Shown: one piece after another, positions 28,627-44,037 of the stretch | Numbering within the stretch: position 1 is the stretch's first letter | How the letters are laid out: the number at the start of each line of letters is the position of its first letter | Origin: the human T2T-CHM13v2.0 reference genome, Homo sapiens | Assembly: GCF_009914755.1 (NCBI RefSeq) | Contig: NC_060931.1 | Strand: one strand, 5' to 3' | Length of the DNA: 64,000 nt | Made by a program: the position numbers and the translations under genes | The notes under the pieces: generated by a model | What the model was told of the DNA's origin: nothing | Databases searched by the model: none | What the model saw: only the letters and a program-made list of their open reading frames with translations

Positions 28627-29371
28627 TACTCATTCATAGGGTCCTTGAGACTATTAAATGAGGTGACGTATTCAAAGCATCCAGCACAGAGCCTAACAGA
28701 GTTGGAGTTCAATTTGTTGCACCTACATAAAAAGTTCAGAACCTTTTTATCATGGTTAAATATTGATCAGATCTATTCTCTTATTAACTAAAAAGAAAAT
28801 TTACCTTTTTCAGTAGGACTTCAACTAAGTTAAAAAGAAATAAGGATCATATAAAGCATAACAAATATCACAATTGTCAGTGTGAACCAGAAGAACCTAT
28901 TGAATCTTATTTTCTGTCTTTACCTCACATGAGAGATGCTAGTAAACAGCAAAAGTCTTCAAAATCATGAGGAGAGGGAAGGAAGCGGCCACAGGACACT
29001 AAAAGCATGGATTGTTTTGGCCAGATAATTCTTCATTGTCAAGCCACTGGTAGGTACATACATCCATCCCTGTGATAGATGTCATCAAGTTCCACGCAGG
29101 CTGGAGGCTGGCAGGTCTGTCGGAAACCTGATTGGTGTCCAGAGTTTTACTGAATGGTAGAGTTTACAGGAGATGGACTTCTGGCTGGGCCCTTTTAGCT
29201 TCTGCTTTGCTATGAGTGATGTTTCTGCTGGACAGGCCAGAAACTATTTATAATTCTTTTGAGCAGGTTGTTGTCTCTCTAGGAGCCAGATGGCTGATTG
29301 GATGACTATGGTGCCCAGAGGTGCTATGACGAACCTGTCATCAACTGGAAAGGAGCTGTTTACATCAAGGC

Positions 29372-29840
29372 TACATTCATTTCCCATTGCCATTATAACA
29401 AATTGCCATAAACTTAGTGGTTTAAAACAACATAAATGTATTCTTTTACAGTTCTAGAGACAGGAAGTCCAAAAGGAGTCTTATGGGGCAAAAACCAAGG
29501 TGCAGGAAGGGCTGGTTCCTTCTGGAAGCCCTAAGGGAAAATCTGTTCCTTGCCTCTTCCAACTTTTGTTAGCTGCTAACATTCTTTGGCTTGTGGCTGC
29601 ATCCCACCTATCTCTACTTCTGTCTTTATATTGCCTTCGCCTCTACTTAGCCTAATCTCCCTCTGTTTTCATCTTATAAAAACAGTTGTGTTTATATTGG
29701 GTTTACCGAGATAATCCAGAATAACCTCATCTCCAGAGATTTAACCTAAACATATCTGCAAATCCCCTTTGGCCAAGTAAGGAAATATTCACTGTCTCCA
29801 GGGATTAGGGCCTAAATAACTTTGGGAACCTTTATTCCCA
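29372..29840 (-). mobile_element. MLT1 (C/D-like) MaLR LTR
   Basis: 'aacaaattgccataaacttagtggtttaaaacaaca...ttttacagttctagag...catatctgcaaatcccctttgg'. Confidence 0.85.
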
Positions 29841-30295
29841 AAGTTATTGCCCAGAGATAAGGAATGAATTTCTGTGGACTATGTCTTCAGTGCTCAAGGA
29901 CTCATCTGGTGCTGTGTTTCTGTTGGGGGTAATCAATAGACCTGTTGATGGACTCCATGTGGCACCAGGAAGTGGAACACTGAGGTCAGAAATGGACAGC
30001 TCTGGATAATGTTTTCCAAAACCAGAAATAGAATTGTGGAAGTAGGTGGTCCTGGTTATAGATAAAGGGATTGAATTGTCTATGGACTCTGATCTCTGTA
30101 ATGAACAGAGGAGTTAAATTTGGTGCAAGTGCAAGACCAGTGTTGAGGACAGATTGAGATTGTCTTGGTTATGGGAGAGGTCAGCTCCCCAAGAGTGCAC
30201 ATTGTGTCCTAGGGATCTTAGGACATTTTCAGACATCAGAAATAGATGCATAAATTCTTCAGGAGCCCAGGGTCCATCATTGACTTATAGCTGAG

Positions 30296-30420
30296 CATTC
30301 ATTCATTCATTCAACAAATACTTATTGAGCACCTGCTTTGTACCAGGCCTTGGAACAGGTCAATGTACAAACAGATGAATATCTCTACCCTCCTGTGGGT
30401 CATGGAGAAATCAGAACTGG
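30296..30420 (-). mobile_element. L2 3' terminus
   Basis: 'cattcattcattcattcaacaaatacttattgagcacctgc'. Confidence 0.85.
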
Positions 30421-33295
30421 AAGGTGCCATGTCTGATGTAGGGCTGGTAGAACTTCCATGGCCCAGGTTAAGAAACTTGGAATGTGGGTAGTATTGAGGC
30501 ACTGCCACAGTCCTTGGGTACCAGTATCTCCTCCTGGGAGATGGAGCCTTCTTTTCTGGACAGCCAGCTCTCCATACTTTCTGCCACTCGATGGATCTCA
30601 GCCAGGATCTGTTGTGAGTTACCATGTGTCAGCTGCTCCCCATGGATTATTGCCATCAGCTGTTATACGGTCTGAAAGGCTGAAAGCATCTCAGTCCAGA
30701 GGGTTTCTTAGGGCTCTGAGTGTCTCTTTGGTATTCTGAGCCATGTTATGAATCTTCTGCCCAGTGGCCTAGGATGTCAATTGATGGTGTCAGAGTTAAA
30801 CCATTTGAAGGACATGGCCCATCTCACCTGGCAGTAGCTGAATTCAAGGATTAGTAATCAAATCATGTTGTCACAACATACTGGATCATTTAAGGTAGTG
30901 CCTATAAGCCATCAAGAAGGCCCAGCTCCTACATATCCAATTATGTCTTCCTAATAAATCTGGGTTCTTTTTCCAACAGCCTTGGGAGCAATCTGTTCCA
31001 GAAGTAAGAATGGGCAGTCTGCCATGTATGGCCATGCAAGGTTATGCCCCACGGGGATTGCAGGGACACTTTTTGCATCATAGATCTTGGAAAGTGTCCC
31101 ACACAGGTGTGCAATGCACAACCATACATGGCAGTCTTGAGAGAAAGAGATTCAAAGCACACCTCCTGACTGAAATATGATTGTTAGCACTGAGATGTCA
31201 GAAGGCTTGGGTCCTGGATCTAGGTCATCATACAGTTCTCAACTGAGGCCCATGTGAACCCAGCCAGGCACTGGGACTTGGCCCAGAGATGCTCTGGAAT
31301 ATGACATGGTGTGGCATTAGACGGGGACATCTGCTAGGGGCAAGGTGATGCCTGGGGTAGGGCCCAGTTCCCAGCTGGTTACCCCTGTACAGATTCAGGG
31401 GTTGTTTGTAAAATGAAGTGGGATCCAGTTTCCGGTAGGGATCCTCATGTTGAGAGAATAAGCACAGGCAAGAGCTGAGTGGTGGTGAGGCAAGGTCCAA
31501 AAAACCGAGGTGGAGATTCCAATGAGTCCCCAAAGACAGACATCAAAGCTGGTGCCATGAGGTCAAGAATCTGAAAGCCAAGGACATGAGAGCAAGAGCC
31601 ATGAGATGTGCTGAGACACCCCTCAGCTTTCCAACTGGAACACAGTTTGAAAGCATCAATTTTGACTACCAGCACCATTTTCCATATGGGCAAGTTAGGG
31701 CCAGAATGTCAAGATAGTTGCTAAGTAATGGCAGGGCCAGACCACATCTCAGGTTCCTGAAGCCTCCCAGTGGACCACTTCCTTCTCTTGTATTCATGAA
31801 ACAGTCAGAGGAATGGTACGCTTCCTGGAGAAATGGGCCTGCAGTCCTGAAACCAGCTCCTTCAGAGAAAGCAGATTGTGTCCATCAAGTCCCTCAGTTC
31901 TCCTCCAAAGTTACTTTGGGATCTTTCATATCTCCCAGTCATTGGCTGACAGGCTGTCCAAGCCTATGGTGCCTATCTGATCAACCTGAAGATATTTTAG
32001 TCTATATCCCAAATAGTTTTTTTCCTTAAGATTTTTATCACTCTCAGGTAAGCCTTATCATTTGCTAAGCTTGCAAAGTTCTCTTACTTTCCCAACAAGT
32101 GAGCAGATAATAGAAGGACAGGCACCAATTTTACTGCAGACTTCTGTACACTTGCCTGGGCACTGACACCTGAATCATGTGAGGCATGTGATCTGGGGTC
32201 ATGGATGGGAAATTGACAGACAGTTAGTGAGACTAAGGACAAAATATCGCTCAGAAATGTTCATGGGGAAAATAAGGGACAAGGAGAAATTCAGACTCAT
32301 AATGTTTTCTAAGTCACTTGGGTGCATTTTATGATCTTGAACTTCATGAGCTTATTAACAGAAAATCCAAGATAAGTAATGGCTCCCTAGAGCTGTAATG
32401 AGAACAAACTGATTTTTATTTGCACAAACATGCCTCAGATGGAGAAATGATGTGGGCATTTTTACTATAAAGCTTTTAGCACGTTGATTTTTGGCAGCAA
32501 CTTCAAAAAGGTAGTTCTGACTATTTTTTTCCATGTTTCCATTCAACATCTTAGTTCATGGGCTCTGAGAATCTCTAGTCCCTAATCAAACTCAGAGGCT
32601 CTCTGGGCTTATAAGTCTCAGTAGAGCTTCCTGTTGTTTGAGGCATGGGAGAGACAGAGGGATGGTTTTTGAGTGGCTGAGAAGGCATGGCTGAAAGGAA
32701 TGCAGCAGATCTCAATCTGAGAACCACCACTCAGAGAAGGTGCTTCAGAGGGCTCCTGAAAGAGTTTTCATGACTTTCCAGACATTAGCTCCAAATGTCC
32801 TGCAGTCCCCTGGTTTGTCAAAGTGCCTGCCACTCTACCGGCTCTTCATCCTCAGGCATCCCTCTCCTTGTCGAGGTTGATCCTTCCCTCTGGCTCCAGC
32901 CCTTCTTGTTTCTGTTGAATATCAACTGCCCCTTCCCCACTGCCATGGTGATCAAGACATGAAACCAAGTCTTATTCTCCAGTGCATGGTCTAAGGCTTG
33001 CCAGGGGCACCAATGGCTGGGGTGATAACCATTCTAAACCCCATCCTCACTTCCATGGGCTCAGCCACCTACCACGTGGACCCAGCCTTCACCTGGAATA
33101 ACCCCACCTCTGAAAAGGTAAACTCTGATCTCCAGCTCTCGAACCCACAACCTCCTCTTCCATGATGCTTCCTGTGACCAGCAGCCTCCTAGTGGCACTT
33201 TCTTACCTGCTCAGTCCTCACGCCAGAGATATCCCCTAAATCAATCCTCTCAGCAGCTCCTGAGTCAACATCTTCACTCCCTTAGCCTTCCCCTT

Positions 33296-33659
33296 TGATA
33301 TGGTTTGGCTTTGTGTCCTCACTCAAATCTCACCTTGAAATGTAATCCCCACATGCCAAGGGTGGGGCCAGGTGGAGGTAATTGAATCATGGGGTGGTTC
33401 CCCCATGTTGTTCTTGTGATAAGTGGGTCCCACGAGATCTGGTGGTTTTATAAGCATAGGGCATTTTCCCTGCTTGCACTCACTGTGTCCTACAACCCTG
33501 TGAAGAGGGTGCATGTTTCTCCTTTGCCCTTCACCATGATTGTAAGTTTCCTGACGCCTCTCTAGCCATGCGGAACTATGAGTCAATTAAAACTCTTTCC
33601 TTTATAAATTATCCAGTCTCTGGTACTTCTTCATCACAGCGTGAGAACTGACTAATACA
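33296..33659 (+). mobile_element. THE1 (MaLR) solo LTR
   Basis: tgatatggtttggct...gactaataca termini; perfect TSD CCCTT. Confidence 0.95.
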
Positions 33660-34554
33660 CCCTTGCCTTGACCCTCTGAAACCTTGCCCAGAATATTTCC
33701 ATAACCCACTTGCCCTTCTAACAGGGCTGCTGAGGGGCTGGAGACCACACCACCGATGCTTTCCAGCTTTTGCTGAACCCCGAGGCCCGTCGCTGGTCCT
33801 TTTACTTGTCCTTATGTTTTCTTTCCTTTTCTGCCTTCCCTTCAGTGACTGCTGTCCCAAGCCCTCACTACTTCCCTTGGCTCCCTCTCAAAACATCAGC
33901 TTCCATCTCACCTTACCAGGATGGTTAGGGTTATCAGGAAATGATGGCCCTAAATTTCTGTCTACAAACCCACTTACCAATATTGTAATGTTCTGCAAAA
34001 GATATAATAGGTGTCTCTTTTCTTCCTCCTCCTCCATAATTAGCCTTTTATATTTGTTCTTAGACCCATTTAGTCCCATTTTGTGAAGGATCTTGTTATA
34101 ATTATACTGTCTTTTTTATACTTTCAACCTCTTCCTAGCTGCTGGTAATATCCCCACACCCTACAGTTATCTCCTTTCTAACACAAAATCAAAGCTGAAA
34201 TGCATCTTTGCATCTCTTCACGCAAGAAATATTTACTGGGAGCCTACTAGGTGCCAGCTGCTAGAACAGGCTTGAGAAAACATATTGGCATGATCCCTCT
34301 CTTCATGGAACTTTGGGTCTAGTGAAGGAAAGAGACAATACATAATGAATACAAAAGAAGTATGTCACTGGAAATATTTGAAAACTGCAAAAGAGAAGAA
34401 CACACTGTTATGTAAGCTTATGTCAGGGGTTATCTCCTTGGTCTGGGGTTAGGTAGGTTTTTCTGTAAGAGCATATACCTGGGTGGACAGGGATCAGTAT
34501 AGGTACCAGCTCACCTACTCAATAGTTGGTCTCTTCTTAATCTTGAGCTCTGCC

Positions 34555-34904
34555 TGATATGGTTTGGTTATATCCCCAAATCTCATCTTGAATTCCCACA
34601 TGTTGTGGGAGGGACCCAGTGGGAACTAATTGAATCATGGGGGCAGGTCTTTCCCATGCTGTTCTCATGATGGTGAATAAGTCTCATGAGATCTGATAGT
34701 TTTGAAAAACAGGAGCCTTCCACACAAGTTCTCTCTTTGCCTGCTGCCATCCATGTAGGACGTGACTTGCTCCTCCTTGCCTTCTGCCATGATTGTGAGG
34801 CTTCCCCAGCCAGGTGGAACTGTAAATCCAGTTAAACCTCTTTCTTTTGTAATTGTCCAGTCTTGGCTATGTCTTTATCAGCAGTGTGAAAATGGACTAA
34901 TACA
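34555..34904 (+). mobile_element. THE1B-like solo LTR
   Basis: tgatatggtttgg...ggactaataca; perfect TSD CTGCC. Confidence 0.95.
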
Positions 34905-35075
34905 CTGCCTCTTGCCTCTACCTACCCATACATTTCTTCTCTTTGCGGCCTCTTTTCAGAATAGTCTGTATTTCCACATCCTTGGTTTCCTTGCTTTCTC
35001 CAACCCATTGTCATGTGGCTTCTGTCTCTGTTCTGCCTCCAAATCTGCTCTCACCAGGGTCAGCAATGACCTTCC

Positions 35076-35908
<833 letters not shown>

Positions 35909-36311
35909 TTCTGTTTCCAAACACAAAGGACACTTCCCAGGCTGTGTTAAAATAGATTCATAATTAGTGCCCCCAAAAGAGACTTGTGTATATTTCCTTC
36001 AGTAACATATTGTTACAGTGTATAGCCATAACATCTCTTAGTCTCATGAAATTAGGAATGGAAAATAGGACATAACCACAAGCATGAGAGTTTTTAGATC
36101 AAAGAAGAATAAATTGTCAAATATTAAATACATAATTTGAAAATCTCAATGGAATAGACTAATATCTAGGAAAAGATTGACTCAAAAAGAAACAAAACCT
36201 GTAATAAAAAATGAGATCATCAAAGAATTTAGTGGTTTTGCATGAGATTTTCTTTTTTTACAATTGTCAAGGGAGATATATTTCCTGTTCTATTGGCTCC
36301 AAAGCCCAGGT

Positions 36312-36626
36312 CAGTGCTGTCCAATAGCAGAGCCACTACCTTCCTGTGGCTACTAAGGAGTCAAAATATGGCTCATCTGAATCAAGATGCTTTGTGTGTG
36401 TAAGTACATGCTGATTCCAAAGGCCTAGAAGAAAAAAAAGAAAGTAAAGTATCTCATTAATAATTTTTATATGGATTACATACTGAAATGATAATATTTT
36501 TCTTTGGGAACTTTAAATATATTGTTAAAATTAATTTTGCCTGTTTGTTCTTACTTTTTAATGTGGCTACTAGAGAACTTGCAATTAAATATGTGGCTTG
36601 CATTACATTTTTATTGGACAGTGCTG
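36312..36626. mobile_element. MER33 (hAT-Charlie) non-autonomous DNA transposon
   Basis: Terminal inverted repeats CAGTGCTGTCCAATA ... TATTGGACAGTGCTG around an AT-rich body. Confidence 0.85.
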
Positions 36627-36709
36627 GTCTAGGAAAAGAAGGGACATGGGACAAATTGTTGTCAACAACTAGCAGAAAAGTAAGAGCAATCTTGGAAACA
36701 GTATCTGTG

Positions 36710-36930
36710 ACACCTAACATGGACTGTGGTTTTACTATGTACCAGCACTGTGCTAAACGTGTTAATAAGCTATCTCATCTGTGGCCTCAGAACAACCCCT
36801 CAGGGCAGGCAACCCCTGCATTTTTCAACAGCATGGCTGTGACCTTGCCCAGGTCACACAGCCAGGGCGGGAAAGAGCTGACCCTCCAGCCAGACTTGCC
36901 GACCCCAGAGCACTTGCTCCCAACCACCTT
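36710..36930 (-). mobile_element. MIR SINE
   Basis: 'tactatgtaccagcactgtgctaaacg...gtgaccttgcccaggtcacacagc'. Confidence 0.75.
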
Positions 36931-39639
36931 GACACCTTCCTTCCCTCCATCCACCAGAAAGCGCTTAGGAAGGAACATATATAGCATGGCTCTCTTTACA
37001 ACATGAGACTTAATTTTTTACGGTGTCTCTGCTGCTGAACTTGAAGCTGGTTTTCTTGTGTTCTGGAGTCCATCCTGGCATGACAAGCAAGGGGCTGGGT
37101 TCAGTCTTGCTGAATGGACTCAGGAGCCCATGATGTATGTCCGGAAGGCAGAAGAGAGGTGCAGAAATCCCCCAGGGCCAGGCTGGCCACAATCAGCTGC
37201 TGGTGGTTTGGCCATTTGGACTCTATTTGCATTCCTTCTGTGCTCCTCGACAGGAACAGGGCTTTTCAAATGGGCTTAGCTCTCCAAATCCACTCAAAAT
37301 GTCACAAAATTAAATGAATGGTTTCTTAGACACCATGGGGAGTAGAAACCCAATAGCAAAACACTAATGGTTTCCTTTGCAGGAAGCCCCTTTGAGGATA
37401 AAAGAATTCATCTGAGAGTCAGATCCCTTCCTGGCTGGTGCATCCGTCCGCCACATGACAAGCAGTGGGGAAGTCAATAGCACCCTCGCCCGGCTCCACC
37501 TGTGATCCTGGAGAACAAGAGAGGAGCCGGCTGGAGGGAAGAAAATCCTGATCTTGTGATTTCAATTACAGGGAGGTGAAAAATTATTTGATATCTGAGC
37601 TTGCTAAAGGCTCCTATTCCTTCTGCTCCAAAGATCTTTCCTGCTAAACTGAACAAAAGAGGAGAAAGAAGTGGAGATGCATACTGAGGGGAAGGGGTAG
37701 TGGAAAAGAAAGCCGGCACAGCAGGAGGAGAGCAGATGACAATGCAGACACAAGAAAGGACTTCTCTGGATTCTTCCTAAGTGGAATTGACACAGCGCTG
37801 GCTCTTTCATTAGACTTCTCTCATCCTTTCCCCTGCTCTCGATCTCTCATGCCAAGAATTGCATTTGGATTTTTGAATCTACATTGATAGCACAGATTTG
37901 GCTGTTACTCTCCAATAATAATGTCACTTCGGCCCCCGTGTCTGGGGAAAGAGAGCAAGTATGATGGTGGCCCCCGCCAGGGCCCCAGCCCAGCCCCGGC
38001 CAGGCATCCTCTGTGATTCTCCTGGGAGCAAAATCCTGATGAGGCTTTTGACATGGTTCTTCTTTTCAACTAAATAAGAGAGAGGCCTATACGAATGGCA
38101 GCCCTAGCTGACTGGAGACATCTCACTAGGTGAAGGCAGTAGATTATATGACCATGGTGTCCCAGCGACCAGCATTCAAACCTGCCTTGACTTCTGGGTG
38201 TGCAATGTTGGGCAACTTCCTAAGCTCTTGGAGCCACAGTCTCCTCTCAAGGGGAGGAGAGTAAGGTTTACCCAGTACAGTCATGTGAGGCTAAAAGAAA
38301 ATATATATATATATATTACTTAGCTCACATGAATACTTTGTGTCTCTAGAAGTCAGCTCCCCTCTGTATACAGAAAGAATCCTCATAAATTAGGCTTTTG
38401 GAAGAATAAAATCCTCTGTTCTATACAAGATCAAGATATAGCATCCAACAATGGTGAAATAAATTTGCCTCCATGCTCTGTTTGTAGTTTAGCACCATCA
38501 GCATTTTGTCTAACCTTGTCTTTAGACTCTGTGTACATGCAATTAAAATGTTGCCTCCCTATGTAGTGATCAAGGAGGATACCCTCTGGTTGTGTGGTGG
38601 CTGGGAAAAATCATCTCATTTTTACATTTCTGCTGTCCACTGTACTTACCACAAACATGTCACAGTGCAAAGCTGTGTAACTATAATATAAACATTACAT
38701 AACTGGAAATGATAATATTTAATGTAGGAACATATGAGGGAAAATTAGCCATGAAAAATTCTGGCATGTTTGTTTTAAAAATTAAGTCACACTACCTTAG
38801 AGTCACACATTATAAATTTTGTCTCTTCATCTAGACTGCAAATTTGCCAAAGGCAAGAACCCTTTCCAACATCTGTGCATTTTCTTCAGCATCTGCCACT
38901 TTGCTTGGCAAAGGGGCTCCCTAATTAACATTTGTTACTTGGCTGATTGATTGATTAATTAAAAAACAATGATGCTTTGTCTGGAGGCTACAGAGGCTGA
39001 AATAAAAGAAGCATGGTTCTCCTTATTTCCTGGAGACCACACCCTCATCCTAAGACTTTGAGCGCCATCTTTGTGTCACAGTCCTACAAACACAAGAGCA
39101 CTGGGAGCTGGAAACTGGAAAACAGCCACCACTCTGAACCTCTTGTAAGTGCAGCCTCAACTGCATGCACTACTTCTCCATCAGTGTGCGCGACCTCCTT
39201 GTGTTGGGAATCTGCTGAACGAAGCTCAAACCCACACAAAGCACATGTGAGCGGACCAACAGATCAGTCCTGGCTACAACCTAATGGGCAGGCCCAGTGT
39301 AGTCAGTGGGGACTGTTGTTGGAGACTTAAAGAGACACCAACAATGTTCCCAAATCTAGAAAGCTATGCTAAGGAAGGAGCTGAGGCTGACTTCGGCTTC
39401 AGGAACATGGGTTTGGTTGGAGGGCACCCCTGACAGTATGTTGAAAAAGCTATTGTGCTGAGTGGCCTAGGCCTCGTGTGCTGGTTAACACAGCCCACAC
39501 CACACAGGGCTGTAAGGGGCCAGCAGCAGCCCATTCGTCAGTGCCTAACCCTCCCAGGCTCCCGGCTCTGAGTGGGCCCAAAATGAGCCCAGTCCTGTTC
39601 TGTTATGGAAGCAAGGCTCTCTGAAGACTACAGTGGGTG

Positions 39640-40010
39640 AAGGCGCGGGGGAGGAGAGCTCAGAGGACTTACAGAGGCTGCCAGTGCCCCCGTGCCTGAC
39701 TTCCAACTGCTAGTGTCTGCCTGTTAGTACCTAAGTACTTCCTTCAGCTGCCAGAGCTTATTTTGCCTGCCCAAAAAGTAGGCTGCAAGTGCTAGAGGGG
39801 CAACCTCCCCCTATCCAGCAGCCCTCCAGCAATGATGGAGAGTAGGTGAGGTGGTGTAGCTCTCCCCACCAGGTGGGCTAATTCTGAATCACATGACCTA
39901 CTCTGGCTCCTAGACTTTTCCAGTGGGATCATGCAACAATGCTTCCTGGGGTCACCTCCCAAATAAGTGACTTGCATTCAGATCCTTGCTGGAGACTTGC
40001 TTAATGCAGG
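39640..40010 (+). mobile_element. LTR16-type ERVL LTR (degenerate)
   Basis: 'gcttcctggggtcacctcccaaataagtgacttgcattcagatccttg' resembles the LTR16 3' end. Confidence 0.6.
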
Positions 40011-40873
40011 TCTGTTTCTTATAGCTCAATGCAGAGTTTTGAAATTTTGACAATTGATAAATGCTGCAAGGAATGACCATATGGAAATGGTGAAGGTCCT
40101 TATTGTTATGCAGCCTCTAGGATGCCCATGTAGGAAGTTAGAATGGCCCCGGCCAGGCAGGGCTGGGTAATGCAAGCAAGAAGCTCCCAGCCTTCCTTCC
40201 CTCTCCATGGCAGCAGGCACAAGGATACATCACATTACCCTGTGAAAGACACCTGGCTGTGAAAGTTCTCCAGAAGCCAGCACAGCTCTTTCCTGCTCAT
40301 TATTACACTGTTTCTGGTTTCTCACCAAGTCAAGGAGAACCTCATGGAACGCATATCACTGGCAGGGATGTACAGACAAGAATCACAACCAGCAGAGCTG
40401 CCATAAGAAAAATCCTGGCCATGGCTGCCTCCAAATTGGCACAGAGAGCAGCACAGAGATCTGTCCACGGATCAAGACAGCCATACAGCCAGAAAAGCAG
40501 TGCTGTCCTGGCCAGGCTGCAGGGAGGGGAGGGTCTCAGAGCACAGGATCAACACAGAACAGCAGGCCCGTGGATCTTAGGAGCGTAAGCTTGGGTGACA
40601 GAGTGTCTGAGTGTCTTTGTTTTCAAGGAGCTGTCACCAGGCTGGCACTGAGAGAGCTGCCTGGTGGTGCAGAGAGACCAGAGGCCTCAGTGCTGGTGGT
40701 AAGACCAGGGACCAACAAACCCCATCAGAAGTAACTCCAGGCTTCAGAGGTGACCCAAAATGGGATGAGCCTTTCAGGAGATATTTTTCAAGTTCAATTG
40801 TTACTTTTTGGTGCTCATTTTACATGACTTTTCAATAGGCCTGGTTGTTCATCTCCTCCTTTTAAAAATTGAC

Positions 40874-41164
40874 TTTTTTTTTTTGGAGACAGTGTCTTGC
40901 TCTGTTATCCAGGCTGGCTGAAGGGTATTGCTCACTGAAGCCTCGACCTCCTGGGCTCAAGCAATCCTCCTACCTTGCCCTCCCAAGCAGGTGGGATTCC
41001 AAACATGCGCCATCATGACCAACTAATTTTTAAAATAATTTTTTTGTACAGACGGGATCTTACTATGGTGTCCAGGCTCGTCTCAAACTCTTGCCCTCAC
41101 ACAATCTTCTTGCCACAGCCTCCCAAAGTGCTGGGATTACAGCTGTGAGCCACTGCACCTAGCC
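40874..41164 (-). mobile_element. AluJ
   Basis: Antisense Alu with AluJ features ('cctcgacctcctgggctcaagcaatcctcc'), strongly diverged. Confidence 0.92.
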
Positions 41165-43114
41165 TAAAAAGCTGACTACTTTTTAAATTCCCTCTCTTTT
41201 CACCTTCCTGACCAGACTGTATCAGTCAACATTTTTTGTGTGTTTTGTGAGAGGTGGGGGAATTATATCTACCTAAACTTCTTAAATGTATCAGGACTTT
41301 TCTTCATGAGGAGAATCTGTGATTGTCATATGAGACAGCTGTTTATATATTTATGGGCCTCCATCATGAAACATAACAGTTTGAATTCCATAGTATGTTC
41401 TAATCAACTAATTTATATATTTTCTTCTTCATAAAGTCATAATTTAAATAATTCCTCCAGATATTTTTATATATCAATCCCTCAATTGAGTGGTGTCTAC
41501 CTGACTGTTGGATTCAAGATTCTGTTGAATGGGAATCTTAATTCAATGAGGCTAGCCAGACCAGGTCCTCAGCACCCTAGAGAAGGGTCTCCCTATGGCA
41601 CATGGTATTTCTGATGCAAAACTTTTTTTTCCCCAGTGACGATTCCATTTTGTCATTTTGCTAACGTAGAATTAGAACTCTTCATACCCATTGGGGGTAA
41701 AATACAAAATGATATAGACGTTAGTACAGGTGCCTAAAAAACAGCAACTGGGATGGAGAGTTTTCTAGAACAGTTGGCAAAGGCTGTCAAGATGGAAGAG
41801 AGGAGAAAGGGCAGGAACTGCGCCAGGAGACCCAGCTGTGGATGAGTCTCCAGGTCATACTGAGGGAAAGAGTTTGAAAGAGGAGGCCAATCAGTGGATG
41901 ACTCCTGGAGCTCCTTTATCATTTTTTCTATCTCATTGGCTCTTACAACCAATAACTACTCCTTTCTAAGTGAGCCTATGACACTGGATATCCATCTATC
42001 TTCCAGTGCGAAGGGTTAAACTGGAGTTGTGTCTGTTTAAAACTCACACTGACAAACCTTAATTCATTTATTTAAGTCCAGCTGAAAGAGAAGTTCTCTG
42101 TTACCTCAAAGATATTAAGTCCCTGGGTTTATTTCAGTGTAACTTCAACATATGTATGACAGGTCAGTGCCCATGACTGAGAGATGTGTCAGAGGCTCCT
42201 TTATCCTCATTCATTTCATCATTTTAGAACCCAAATCAGGAGTGTGAGAGGCTGTGCCTGATTTCTCTTTCCATTACTCAAAAAGAACTCAGGACATATT
42301 TTTAGGAGGATGTTGGGGGATGTGATTCAAACTCGTCTCCCGAGACAGTGATTTTGCTCTTTGACTGCTTCTGTGGGGAAGGCGGAATGCATTACATTCC
42401 AGCCAATTGCGTTAAAAACTTCCATGAGCAGACAAGTTGGGTAAGCCTGAGAACCCACATGGGCTTGTGGTCTTATTTTCCTTTTGCTTAAACTCTGAAA
42501 TATAAATAAATTAGCACATTAATTTAAAAATCACTTGATTCCTAAAATGGTAATAAACTACGTAATTTTGAAATAGGCAGCATGATTTTCCCACTGCTTA
42601 ATTGGCTAAAGAAAGATGCAAGTTCCCCTCTCAAATTACTTTAGTCCAAAAAATTCCAGAGAGATCTGCAACTTCCGGCAAAGCTCAGAGTAACATTCTG
42701 AATTTTTTATCCTGAAATATTTTGAAGACACTCATCCATTTCCCAATAGCTTATGGCAGACCAATTAGAACTGCCAATTCTGTGTACACGTGCAACTTAA
42801 AATCTGACTTTATAATTAATATTGACAGCTTTTACCTGGGTCTAGGTGACATATAGTTTTGCTTTCTATACGAAGTGCATAAATTAAATTAGACATATAT
42901 TTGCCAGTGTCCACATCTGTACACAGTCTTGCAAACACTTTGGTGAAGACATAATCATTAACCATGTGCCTCAAAACCTCCATTGTAAAATACCTTGAGA
43001 ATTTCTGGTGAATTCCCCTTCCATCTGTGACAGATATAAGGGTAATAACTCAAACTGAGATTAGTATTAATTTATTACCCCATCCAACTAGTGACTCCAT
43101 AGTTTCAATTTAGA

Positions 43115-43169
43115 TAACAACAATAAAAAACTCCAAAGAAATTGTAGCAACTTTAAAATATATTTTATT
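43115..43169 (-). terminator. Polyadenylation site
   Basis: Minus strand reads AATAAA (43169-43164), ~20 nt, CA (43144-43143), then U/GU-rich 'tttctttggagttttttattgttgtt'. Confidence 0.55.
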
Positions 43170-44037
43170 GAAAAACTAAAGTGAAAAGCTATCTCCTGTA
43201 AATGGAAATTACTCAAGGAACAAATGCTATAAATCAAATTTTAATCTGCATTTAGAAATGAGGTAATGAAAAGGAAGGCAGAAAGTGACCTTATTACCTG
43301 TTGAAAACCAAGAAAAGGTCATTGGTATCATCAACATTAGGAAATATTCAAGTCATGATTCCAAGGTATGAGATTCTTCAAGTAGAAAAAGAGTACTATG
43401 CATCTCTAAAAAAAAGAGTTACTCCAAATAGCAGTTGTAAATAATATAGATAAGAAAAAAATGCACTGTAAAAAAGTTGTATTAACTACATCAAGAAATC
43501 ACTCATAAGCTAAGGTTTGTAGACAATATGATATAAAGATGAGTTGATGTCAGAGAAAGTATTCAAATATCCATTGACTGTTTTTTGACTGAGATGCTAT
43601 AATGTTGCAGTTATATTCTTTCATAATTGTAGTTTCAAGTTGAAACAATGCCCAGTATTTCAAAGATTCTCTTGTTTTCAGCGATAATCCTGACCAAATT
43701 TCCATGTCTTGGAGCATTCTCCCAAACCATTCACTGACTCCTCATTCAATCCACAATGGATAAAAACTCAGCTCACATAAAATGAAAAACTTGGAAAACT
43801 GGCTGGCTTGTCAGCAAACCAACATGTTAAACGTTTGAGTTTTAAAAAATAGAAAAATGGAAAATATTTCTATGATACTTCCACAGTGGGAGCAGAAGGC
43901 AGGGTAGTCATCTGGCCCTAGCTCTCTGGCAGGGAACTACCCTTGTGGATAGATCCTTGAGTTTCATTTACCAAGATGAGCATCATCAGGATTTGCAGGC
44001 ACATTCCATTATGCTAGATTTCCAAACAGTACCTTTT

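Noticed and set aside
33296-34904. Two THE1 LTRs as one element
   Set aside because: Separate TSDs (CCCTT and CTGCC), different subfamily features, and the spacer is L2-like rather than THE1 internal sequence
36488-37006. 172-aa ORF
   Set aside because: Runs across MER33 and MIR remnants; no protein similarity that I recognise
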